From: an uncultured Candidatus Binatia bacterium
GTDB lineage: Bacteria > Desulfobacterota > Binatia > UBA9968 > JAJDTQ01
Direction: 5' to 3'
Assembly: GCA_965213675.1 (NCBI GenBank)
Contig: OZ243916.1
Span: forward strand, 832,001 to 896,000
Length of the DNA: 64,000 bases
Below are positions 1 to 7,970 of this stretch, one piece after another. The first letter of the stretch is position 1, and every line of letters begins with the position of its first letter. The notes under the pieces were generated by a model. That model did no database searches. It was not told the DNA's origin and worked only from the letters and a program-made list of their open reading frames with translations. A program made the translations under genes and the position numbers.

Positions 1-2
1 GC

Positions 3-1856
3 GCCCTCGGAATCGCGAGGAGCGTTCTGAGAAATCCGCCCTGGAGAAGCGGTCCCACCTATCTCTTCATCATGGAAGACAGCGGCTATACACTCCTACA
101 CGCCGGATTCCCGGACAGATTCGAATTCCAGACGCCCACGCAAACCCTGAGAGACGAAGTGACTGGACAACTCATCTTGCCGCAGATCATCAAAGCGGCG
201 AAGGAGGGTGGCGATGAGGGGGCCTTCGTGCAGTATTACTTCGACAACCCGGACGACCCGAACGACGACTTCAATACGCTCAAGACGACCTATGCGCGCC
301 AGGTGACGTTCAACATGCCGGGTTTTCCCCAACCGCTATCCTACATTTACGGCGCAGGCATCTACGGCGGGGATCAGAGCGTGGTGTCGGAGAAGAGCGT
401 AGCGGCTACCAGGGGCTGGCTCGCGCGCTTCGGCCGCGCGGTGGGAAGCCAGGCGGTGGAAATGATATCGAACCGCCTGAGTTCGTCCACGCAGAGCGGA
501 GCCACGATGACCCTCGGCGGCCAGACCGTGAAGCTGGATGCGGATTCGGAGCGCTACCTCACGAAAGACGGCGCGGGCTTCGATTTCGCATCGCACGCGC
601 ATGGCGGACTCGACACGCGCGGCATTGCGCGCGCAAGAATCGCGAACCGGCCGACCCCGTGGAATGACGATTCCACGGGGTCCTATCGCGAGATGACGCT
701 GAACGGGCTCCTCGCGGGCGCTTCGTTCCACCTCGCCTCCACCGGGGAAGCCGCGGAGGCGGCGGGCAGTCAGTGGTCGCTATGGGGCCGCGGCGCGAGG
801 AGTTCGTTCGAGGGCGGTGGCGACGCCGCTATCGAGGGCGATGTGACCACCGCCATGCTCGGCGTGGACTACGAGAAGGGCGAGCTCCTCGCGGGCGTGG
901 CGCTCTCCCGCGCGAGCGGCGACGGTGGGTTCCAAAACGATGGCGGCAGCGAACTCGACGCGACGCTCACCGGCGTGCATCCCTATGTTCGCTATGAGGC
1001 GAGCGAGCGGCTCTCGTTGTGGGGCATCCTGGGTCTCGGTCAGGGCGAGATGACGCTCGACGAAACGGACAGCGAGAGCGGCCAGGAGTATGAAACCGAC
1101 ATCGAGATGCGCATGGGCGCGTTCGGGGTTCGCGGAGAACTCATCAAGCTGGGCGCCTTCGACCTGGCGGTCAAATCGGACGTCCTGCTCATACAGTTGG
1201 ACTCGGATGCGAAGGACGGTCTCGATGCCGTCTCGGCGGAATCGAGCCGTCTCCGTGGTATGCTCGAGGCTTCGCGCAAGATCGACATGGAAGGCGGCGG
1301 CACCTTCCGGCCTTCGGTGGAGGCGGGCCTCAGGTACGACGACGGCGATGTGGATGAAGGCTCGGGCGTCGAATTGGGCGGCGGCCTGCGCTTCACCAAC
1401 CCAGGCTTGGGCCTGACACTTGAGGCAAATGCGCGGGGGCTCATCACGCACGAGGAGAGCGACGTGGCCGACTGGGGCGTGGGCGGCACGATCCGCATCG
1501 CGCCAGGCCAGGCGGGCCGCGGCCTCGCGCTCACCGTGCAGCCCTCGGTGGGTGATGCCGCAGGTGGCGCCGCGCGTCTGTGGGGCATCAAGGACGCCTC
1601 GCGTCTCGCGAAAGAGGAGATCGAGGACCTGGACCCCCGCGTTCGCGCGGAGATGGGCTACGGACTGGACGCATGGGGCGGTCTGCTGACGCCCTACGCC
1701 GGTCTTTCGGTGTCCGATAGCAACGAAATCTACCGCTTGGGCGGGCGCTTCAGGATCGGCGAGCGCCTGAGCATGAACCTCGAAGGCGACTTGCGCGAGC
1801 GGGTGAACGCCGGTCCCGTGCATGGCGTGACGCTTCGCGGCTCGCTGCGCTGGTAG
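3..1856 (+). CDS. Cache-domain / autotransporter beta-barrel fusion protein (5' partial)
   Basis: Frame is open from the window start (ALGIARSVLRNPPWRSGPTYLFIMEDSG...). The N-terminal part has a single-Cache pattern (YLFIM..G..LLH; D..G..I...II.AA; FVQYYF.NP; K.TY; GAGIY). The C-terminal ~380 aa are amphipathic beta strands (WSLWGRG, GVDY, HPYVRY, LTPYAG) ending in Trp. Confidence 0.75.
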   Translation, partial: ALGIARSVLRNPPWRSGPTYLFIMEDSGYTLLHAGFPDRFEFQTPTQTLRDEVTGQLILPQIIKAAKEGGDEGAFVQYYFDNPDDPNDDFNTLKTTYARQVTFNMPGFPQPLSYIYGAGIYGGDQSVVSEKSVAATRGWLARFGRAVGSQAVEMISNRLSSSTQSGATMTLGGQTVKLDADSERYLTKDGAGFDFASHAHGGLDTRGIARARIANRPTPWNDDSTGSYREMTLNGLLAGASFHLASTGEAAEAAGSQWSLWGRGARSSFEGGGDAAIEGDVTTAMLGVDYEKGELLAGVALSRASGDGGFQNDGGSELDATLTGVHPYVRYEASERLSLWGILGLGQGEMTLDETDSESGQEYETDIEMRMGAFGVRGELIKLGAFDLAVKSDVLLIQLDSDAKDGLDAVSAESSRLRGMLEASRKIDMEGGGTFRPSVEAGLRYDDGDVDEGSGVELGGGLRFTNPGLGLTLEANARGLITHEESDVADWGVGGTIRIAPGQAGRGLALTVQPSVGDAAGGAARLWGIKDASRLAKEEIEDLDPRVRAEMGYGLDAWGGLLTPYAGLSVSDSNEIYRLGGRFRIGERLSMNLEGDLRERVNAGPVHGVTLRGSLRW

Positions 1857-1930
1857 AGCACACACGGGCTTCATCGGCTCCCAGGCTTTGTGCCGGCTTC
1901 AGGTTGTATCGAGACGAAAGTGGAGACGTA

Positions 1931-3406
1931 ATGGCGAGTTCGGAAAGAGGCGAAACATCGGATCTTGAGCACGGCCTCCGCATGACACCCGATGCAATGC
2001 TTGAACTGGCGCGCAGGGCGTCCGAACTTCTGGTGGAGCGCATCGAGAATCTCCCCGGCGAGGGCGCCTGGGACGGGGATTTCCAGCAGGAACTCGAAAA
2101 GCAGCTCATGGAGGCGCCGCCCGAGGCCGGTCGCCCGGCCACCGAGGTTCTGGAACGCGCCGCGAAAGAGATACTCCCCCTTACGGGGCGAAACGATCAT
2201 CCCAGATTCTTCGGCTTCATCCCCTCCTCGCCCACCTGGCCCGGCGTGCTGGCCGATTTCATGGCCTCGGGTTTTCAGATCAACCAATGTACCTGGCTGG
2301 TCGCGAGCGGTCCGAGCCAGCTCGAACTGGTCGTCATCGACTGGTTCCGGCGCTGGGTCGGCTATCCCGAAAGCGCGGGCGGGCTTTTCACGAGCGGGGG
2401 TTCGGCGGCGAGCCTGGACGCCTTCGTCGCGGCGCGCGAAGCGGCGCGTAATCCCGACCGCGCGAGCGTGTACATGAGCGACCAGAGCCACAGCGCGCAC
2501 ATCCGCGCGGCTCGCATCATTGGTATCCCGCCCGAGCGCATCCGGCTGCTCCCGTGCGATGAACGCTTCCGCTTGGACATGGTGGCGCTCGAGCGCGCCG
2601 TGGCGGAAGATCGCGCCGAGGGTCTCCATCCCATCGCGGTGTGCGCCAACGCCGGCGCGTCCAGCACGGGGGCCATCGATCCGCTCGGCGAGATGGCGGA
2701 CTTCTGCGAGGCGCAAGGGGTCTGGCTGCACGTCGACGCCGCCTACGGCGGATTTGCGGTTGTGACCGAACGGGGCAAAGAACTCATGCGCGGCATGGAG
2801 CGCGCCGATTCCATCGGGATGGACGCTCACAAATGGTTCTTCCAGCCCTACGAGGCGGGCGCCCTGCTCGTGAAGGATGTAAGCAAGCTCGAAAATGCCT
2901 TCGCGGTGCGGCACGATGTTTTACAGGACACTTTATGGGGCGCGAACCACCCGAACTTCTCGGATCGTGGCCTGCAGCTCAGCCGCTCGTTCCGGGCCTT
3001 GAAGGTCTGGATGTCGGTGCAGACCTTCGGGATGGCCGCGTTCCGGCAGGCCGTCTCGAAGGGCATGGAGCTGGCCGAACGTGCGGAGGAGTACATTTGC
3101 GAGAGCCCGGTTCTGGAGATGTTGATACCGGTCTCGCTTGGGGTCGTGTGCTTTCGGGTCAATCCGGCGGACGCAGAGCTGGACGAGGATGCGCTGGGGA
3201 AGATCAACAAAACGATGCTCGCCCGCATCTTCTGGGAAGACAAGGCGTTTGTCTCATCCACCCTTCTCGAGGGGAAGTTCGCGCTCAGGTTCTGCATCAT
3301 CAACCACACCACGGCCTGGGACGACGTGCTCGAGACGCTCGAGACGATCGAGCGCTTCGGGAAGGAGGCGCTGGATCAAGACCAGGCGTCTCGTCGGAAG
3401 TCCTGA
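1931..3406 (+). CDS. Group II PLP-dependent (aromatic-L-amino-acid-type) decarboxylase
   Basis: HPRFFGFIP, SGGS, WLHVDAAYGG, DSIGMDAHKW (PLP lysine) and SRSFRALKVW motifs. ATG 1931 follows GGAGA. Confidence 0.9.
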   Translation: MASSERGETSDLEHGLRMTPDAMLELARRASELLVERIENLPGEGAWDGDFQQELEKQLMEAPPEAGRPATEVLERAAKEILPLTGRNDHPRFFGFIPSSPTWPGVLADFMASGFQINQCTWLVASGPSQLELVVIDWFRRWVGYPESAGGLFTSGGSAASLDAFVAAREAARNPDRASVYMSDQSHSAHIRAARIIGIPPERIRLLPCDERFRLDMVALERAVAEDRAEGLHPIAVCANAGASSTGAIDPLGEMADFCEAQGVWLHVDAAYGGFAVVTERGKELMRGMERADSIGMDAHKWFFQPYEAGALLVKDVSKLENAFAVRHDVLQDTLWGANHPNFSDRGLQLSRSFRALKVWMSVQTFGMAAFRQAVSKGMELAERAEEYICESPVLEMLIPVSLGVVCFRVNPADAELDEDALGKINKTMLARIFWEDKAFVSSTLLEGKFALRFCIINHTTAWDDVLETLETIERFGKEALDQDQASRRKS

Positions 3407-3772
3407 CGATGACTTTTACTTCGGGCGCGGCTATCTGCAATACAAAACAATTCGGGTAAATTCCTGTTCAGTCTTCGCCGAGCATATCGGTGGCGATGCT
3501 CATATTCGGTCCTGGTCCTCGGCTTGCCTTGGCGCCTGGTCCAGGCGCCGGTATTCCTCCGGCGTCAGGAACCCCTGCCGCACCCGCGTCCTGTAGTGGC
3601 GCACCGAGAGTCAGGGGTTCCGCCCGGGCGGAACCCATCGAAACCAGGAAAAGAACCATGAGCTTGAACCGCCGAACAATCCTGGCCGCAGGCGCCGTGT
3701 TGCCGGCCTGCGCGTCACTCCCGGCCCGAGCCCAAGTTGACAACCACCCCCGTCGCATACGAGACTGCGCCC

Positions 3773-4063
3773 ATGAGTTTTCGCTACAAGCAAGGTGATC
3801 GGGTACGTGTTCTGGACACGTTGACGCTGGGGCATCACATCCGCTCGCCCCAGTATCTCCGGGGCAAGGACGGCGTGGTGGCGGACATCCGGGGCAGCTT
3901 CAAGGACCCGGAACTGCTTTCCTTCGGCAAGGACGGCCTGCCCAAGGCCAACCTCTATTCCATCGAGTTCGAACTCGCCCACGTATGGAACGACCGGCCC
4001 GCGCCCAAGGGCGTCAACAAGATCTACGCGGACATCTTCGAGCGATGGCTGGAACCGCGGTAA
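3773..4063 (+). CDS. Nitrile hydratase beta C-terminal SH3-like subunit (thiocyanate hydrolase ScnA-like)
   Basis: GDRVRV...GHHIRSPQYLRGKDGVV...P...LYSIEF...VW...DIFERWLEP. Lies directly upstream of the alpha subunit. Confidence 0.85.
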   Translation: MSFRYKQGDRVRVLDTLTLGHHIRSPQYLRGKDGVVADIRGSFKDPELLSFGKDGLPKANLYSIEFELAHVWNDRPAPKGVNKIYADIFERWLEPR

Positions 4064-4094
4064 ACGAATCACAACGAAATTCAGGGGGGACATC

Positions 4095-4907
4095 ATGGCA
4101 AGGGACAATCAGGACGTGAACACGGAGCCGGCGCCGGTGGAGGAACCGAGCTACTTCGAGCGGCGCGCCCGCGCCACCGTGGACCTGTTGAAGGAAAAGG
4201 ACATCCTGGACACCGGCGAGGCGCGGCGGGCGAAGCACGGACACGATCACAGCCACGACGACGTGTTCGAACAGCTCCACGCCAACAACCCCATCGATAC
4301 CACCGAGCACGAATACACGCTGTTCGAGAAACAGATGTTGGCCATGGGGAACCTTCTGCGGGAAAAGGGACTCATCAGCACCGACGAGGTACGGCGCAAG
4401 ATCGACGAGAACGAAGGCGTATCGCCGCATCAGGGCTCGCGAGTGGTGGCCCGGGCCTGGGTGGATCCCGAGTACAAGAAGCGGTTGTTCGAGGACGGCA
4501 TCGCGGCGGCCGAAGAGGCCGGCGTTGACATGTCCACGGCCAATCAACTCATCGCGGTGGAGAACACCGAAGACGTCCACCACGTGGTGGTATGCACCCT
4601 GTGCTCGTGCTATCCGCGGCAACTGCTGGGCCAGCCGCCGGACTGGTACAAGAGCACCAACTACCGCACCCGCGTGGTGGTGGACCCGCGCCGGGTGCTG
4701 AAGGAGATGGGGCTGGATGTGCCGGAATCCACGGAGGTGCGCGTGGTGGACAGCACCGCGGAAACCCGCTACCTGGTCCTGCCCCGTCGTCCCGAGGGGA
4801 CCGAGGGCTGGAGCGAAGAGCAACTGGCCGGGCTGGCCACGCGCAACAGCATGGTCGGCTGCGCCAACGCCCTCACCCCCATGCAGAAGGAGATGATGGC
4901 CGACTGA
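4095..4907 (+). CDS. nthA: Cobalt-type nitrile hydratase / thiocyanate hydrolase alpha(gamma) subunit with N-terminal extension
   Basis: Metal motif VVVCTLCSCYP (Thr/Tyr signature of Co-type), plus VVARAWVDP, PDWYKS, DSTAETRYLVLP and TRNSMVG. Confidence 0.9.
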   Translation: MARDNQDVNTEPAPVEEPSYFERRARATVDLLKEKDILDTGEARRAKHGHDHSHDDVFEQLHANNPIDTTEHEYTLFEKQMLAMGNLLREKGLISTDEVRRKIDENEGVSPHQGSRVVARAWVDPEYKKRLFEDGIAAAEEAGVDMSTANQLIAVENTEDVHHVVVCTLCSCYPRQLLGQPPDWYKSTNYRTRVVVDPRRVLKEMGLDVPESTEVRVVDSTAETRYLVLPRRPEGTEGWSEEQLAGLATRNSMVGCANALTPMQKEMMAD

Positions 4908-4991
4908 GGGCGTCTCGGCGCAGGAGCTTGCGCCACCGAAACCTGAAGGCGCGGTGCGGAGCGATTCAAATCCGAATCCCGGGAGGCAGGC

Positions 4992-5648
4992 ATGAGCGTA
5001 TTACGAAGTCTGACCGAACGTTGCGACCCTGCCCTCGCGGGGCTGATCGTGGTGGATGTGCAGAACGATTTCTGCAGCCCGGATGGAGCCTGCGCCCGGC
5101 GCGGCGTGGACATCACCTCGGGCCTGGAGATGATGCCTAACCTCTACAAGCTCATCGAAGAGGCCCGCGAGGTGAGCTTGCCCATCATCTACATTCAGAC
5201 CCTCCACAGCGAGTGGACCGACACCGAGCCCTGGATCTACCGCAAGCCCGAGGGCGCGGACAAGGAGACCTGCCGTGAAGGCTCCTGGGGCGCCGACTTC
5301 TTCGACGGCATCGAGCCTCGAGCCGACGAGCGGGTGGTCGTCAAGCACCGCTACAGCGCGTTCATCAACACCGACCTCGACACGATCCTCAAGGCCAAGG
5401 GCATCGAAAGCGTGCTCCTCACCGGCGTGGCTACCAACGTGTGCGTGGAGAGCACCATGCGCGACGCTTTCATGCTGGACTACTACGTCACAATGGTGCA
5501 CGACTGCATGGCCACGTCCGACCCGGCACTCCACGAAGGCACCCTGGAGAACACCCGCCGCCAGTTTGGCCTGGTGGCTTCCCACCAGGAAGTCATCGAG
5601 ACATGGGAAGGGGTGGAGCGGCACAGGAAAGGCGCCCGGGGCTTCTAG
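4992..5648 (+). CDS. Isochorismatase-family cysteine hydrolase (RutB/amidase-like)
   Basis: VVDVQNDF, KHRYSAF and GVATNVCVESTMRDA supply the Asp-Lys-Cys triad. GGAGG RBS. Confidence 0.9.
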   Translation: MSVLRSLTERCDPALAGLIVVDVQNDFCSPDGACARRGVDITSGLEMMPNLYKLIEEAREVSLPIIYIQTLHSEWTDTEPWIYRKPEGADKETCREGSWGADFFDGIEPRADERVVVKHRYSAFINTDLDTILKAKGIESVLLTGVATNVCVESTMRDAFMLDYYVTMVHDCMATSDPALHEGTLENTRRQFGLVASHQEVIETWEGVERHRKGARGF

Positions 5649-5807
5649 GAGCCTGTCGGGATTATCGAATCGTAGCGAGAGGCAGAGAAAGGTCAGTTTC
5701 GGGCGGATTTGAGGAGAATATTGGTAATATTGGACGAAAATCCAACCGGAAATGGACCCATTTCGCTGCCTCGCAGCAGATTCTTGATAAACCCGACAGG
5801 CTCCTAG
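5645..5807. mobile_element. 163-bp MITE-like palindromic element (family A), CTAG at both ends
   Basis: Terminal inverted repeat CTAGGAGCCTGTCGGG(A/T)TTATC at both ends, with an imperfectly palindromic interior. A solitary matching right end AAACCCGACAGGCTCCT lies at 52193-52209. Confidence 0.75.
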
Positions 5808-5851
5808 TGTGGTGTCTGGTTGACCCTATTGCATACCTGACAGGTTCCTGG

Positions 5852-5878
5852 GTAGGGGCGACCGCCGGTTGTCCCTAC
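5852..5878. repeat. GTAG-type REP palindrome
   Basis: GTAGGGGCGACCGCCGGTTGTCCCTAC. Related copies near 18045, 28217, 40540, 41589, 44559, 52164, 54443 and 58755. Confidence 0.7.
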
Positions 5879-6483
5879 AATTTGATATCCAGTTCTTCCA
5901 GCAGCGCGGCGGCGTCGGTCTTGAAGGCGTCGTCGATGTTCTGATACAGGCTCCGGCCCTTGGTGTCGGCGTCGACGATGAGCGGGCCCAGCCGGTCCGC
6001 CTCCACGATCCACATGGCCTCGGGCCGGCCCAGCTCGGGCCAGGCGCAGTCGATGACCCGGACCACCCGGGCCGCGTACTCGTTGTAGTTGCCGGCGCAC
6101 ACCAAGTGTATGCAGCCGGTCTGCCTGCAGAACTCCTCCAGTCCGTCGAGCATGCCCTTGCCGATGATCAGCTTGAGGCCCAACAGGCCGACGGCCTTCT
6201 CGATCTTCTCGCGCCCCGCGAGCCAACTCGGCATGGGCACCATGGCGATCATCTCGGTGCGGTCCGGCCCTTCCTTGACCAGCGGACCGCTGTGAAACAC
6301 GGTCTCGGCGCCGAGTTCCTTCAGACGCTTGCGGACGCTCTGCCCGCCCTCCGGATCGATCAGGCGGTCGTAGGTCAGCGACCTGCAGGTGAACAACCGG
6401 CCGCTGATGGTGACGGAGTCGCCCGCGTCCAGGTCCCGCAGGGTCTCCTCGCTCACCGGGCTCGTCAAATGAACCGTCTTCAT
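5875..6483 (-). CDS. Fe-S hydro-lyase (class I fumarase / tartrate dehydratase) beta subunit, divergent
   Basis: LRDLDAGDSVTISG, FHSGP, IIGKG, ELGRPEAMW and GPLIVDADTKGRSLY. Start trimmed to ATG 6483 after GGAGA. Confidence 0.85.
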   Translation of the reverse strand: MKTVHLTSPVSEETLRDLDAGDSVTISGRLFTCRSLTYDRLIDPEGGQSVRKRLKELGAETVFHSGPLVKEGPDRTEMIAMVPMPSWLAGREKIEKAVGLLGLKLIIGKGMLDGLEEFCRQTGCIHLVCAGNYNEYAARVVRVIDCAWPELGRPEAMWIVEADRLGPLIVDADTKGRSLYQNIDDAFKTDAAALLEELDIKL

Positions 6484-6571
6484 GGCGTCTCCCGTACTTC
6501 GAGGGTGCCGGCTGTCTCGTCGCCCCGAGTCCTCATCGATGTGGAAAAAGCGGCTTGCAAAGTCAGGATCA

Positions 6572-7495
6572 TCACTCCCGTTCCATCCAGCTCGACAGTG
6601 GCCGGCTCTCCACGCGCCCGTCGGCGTACAGGCGCACCGTGGTCCGGCGCATGGCGGCGCATTGGAGATAGACCGCCACGGGCAGGGTCGCCATGTGGCA
6701 GAATGCCATCTCCAGATGCACGTCAAAGGCCGAGGTGGCGCCGCCCATGCCCATGGGGCCCAGTTTCAGCCGCAGGACATCGTCCATGAGCTGGTTCTCC
6801 AGCCGGGCCAGCTCGGGGTCGGGGTTGCGATCCCCCACCGGGCGCAGGATCGCGGCCTCCTTGGCCATGCGCGTACAGGTCTCGAAGGTGCCGCCGATTC
6901 CCACGCCCACCAGATTGGGTGAGCAGGTAGCGCCCAGGCGCACGAGGTTGATGGTGGACTCCACCACGAACTTGCGCACCCCCTTCTCGCCGGCGGTGGG
7001 CGGCAGCACCGTGTACTTGCTGCCCACCAGCTCGGGGCCGCCGCCGACGGCGACGTTGGTGATTTCCAGGTAGTCGGCGTCCGGCACCACCCGCACCTTG
7101 ATGTCCGGGCAGCCGGGACCCTGGTTGGTATTGGGATTGTGGCGCGTGATGGGGTGGACCGCATTGGGACGCAGCGGAATGTCCTCGGTCACCTCGGCGC
7201 TGACCTCCCGCAGGGTCTGCTCCAGTGCGCCATACCCCCCTTCCAACTCACCGATGATCCCCGTCCCCAAGGCCACATAGTAGGTCAGGAGCCCGGTGTC
7301 GGCACAGAACGGCATGCCGCGGGCGGAGGCCGTCGCCACCGCGTCGAGATTGGCCTTGAGGTGCGCCTTCCCCAGTTCGCTGGTCTCCTTGTCGTGCTGC
7401 TCTTCCAGAAACGACTTGAAGTCTTCCGGCAGGTCATACTGATTCGCCTTCCACAATGTGGTGACCGTGCGCGCAATCGCTTCCTGGCTGAGCAT
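6572..7495 (-). CDS. Fe-S hydro-lyase (class I fumarase / tartrate dehydratase) alpha subunit
   Basis: PFCADTG, PLRPNAVHP, CSP..VGVGIGG, GPMGMGG, HMATLPVAV and QCAAMRR; three cluster-binding Cys present. Confidence 0.9.
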   Translation of the reverse strand: MLSQEAIARTVTTLWKANQYDLPEDFKSFLEEQHDKETSELGKAHLKANLDAVATASARGMPFCADTGLLTYYVALGTGIIGELEGGYGALEQTLREVSAEVTEDIPLRPNAVHPITRHNPNTNQGPGCPDIKVRVVPDADYLEITNVAVGGGPELVGSKYTVLPPTAGEKGVRKFVVESTINLVRLGATCSPNLVGVGIGGTFETCTRMAKEAAILRPVGDRNPDPELARLENQLMDDVLRLKLGPMGMGGATSAFDVHLEMAFCHMATLPVAVYLQCAAMRRTTVRLYADGRVESRPLSSWMERE

Positions 7496-7543
7496 GATTC
7501 CGCCTTTCCGGCCGCATCACGAATATCTCGATGACGCAGCACA

Positions 7544-7708
7544 CTCGTGTCGTGGCCCGTAAATGACTGCGATAATTCGCGGGTCTTTGTCACCGTCGGC
7601 TGCGTGGCTCTTTCTCGCGTGGTAGCCGCCGCTGCTCGTCATCGCGCCTTGCCGACAACAAAAATTCCTGCGCAACTTGTCGCAGGAATTTACGGGACAC
7701 GACACCAG
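7544..7708 (-). mobile_element. 165-bp ERIC-like/MITE element (family B), copy 1
   Basis: Arms CTCGTGTCGTGGCCCGTAAAT and ATTTACGGGACACGACACCAG. The minus-strand core GGCAAGGCGCGATGACGAGCAG...GAGCCACGCAGCCGACG is shared with the copies at 22993 and 57235. Confidence 0.8.
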
Positions 7709-7779
7709 CACCTACAACATGCCACGTGATCAGGCAACATGCTCCGGCGCCAGGCGAATTCCTGCGGCACAGGCTCCTG

Positions 7780-7852
7780 GGCCATGTTCCCTCCGAAGTT
7801 CGTGGTCCGAACCTCCGGGTCCCGTGCGAATCGGCAACGCCGTAGGGTCCTG
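7780..7852 (+). repeat. Dispersed intergenic repeat (family C), copy 1
   Basis: Aligns without gaps over 73 nt to the copy at 52695-52786, with about 20 mismatches counted by eye. Shared core GTCCGAACCTCCGG..CCGTGCGAA.CGG. Confidence 0.65.
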
Positions 7853-7887
7853 CGCTCCGGAGGTTCGCCACTTCGCCGCTGTCATAG

Positions 7888-7916
7888 TTGACAATCGCCG
7901 CGGTCTTTTGCATTGT
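7888..7916 (+). promoter_or_regulatory. Possible sigma70 promoter for the TctC gene
   Basis: Perfect TTGACA, 17-nt spacer, then CATTGT, about 55 nt upstream of ATG 7971. Confidence 0.35.
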
Positions 7917-7970
7917 GTGGGGCCTTGAACCAAGGGAGTGAAGACGGACACAAGGAAGGGAGTCGTGAAC

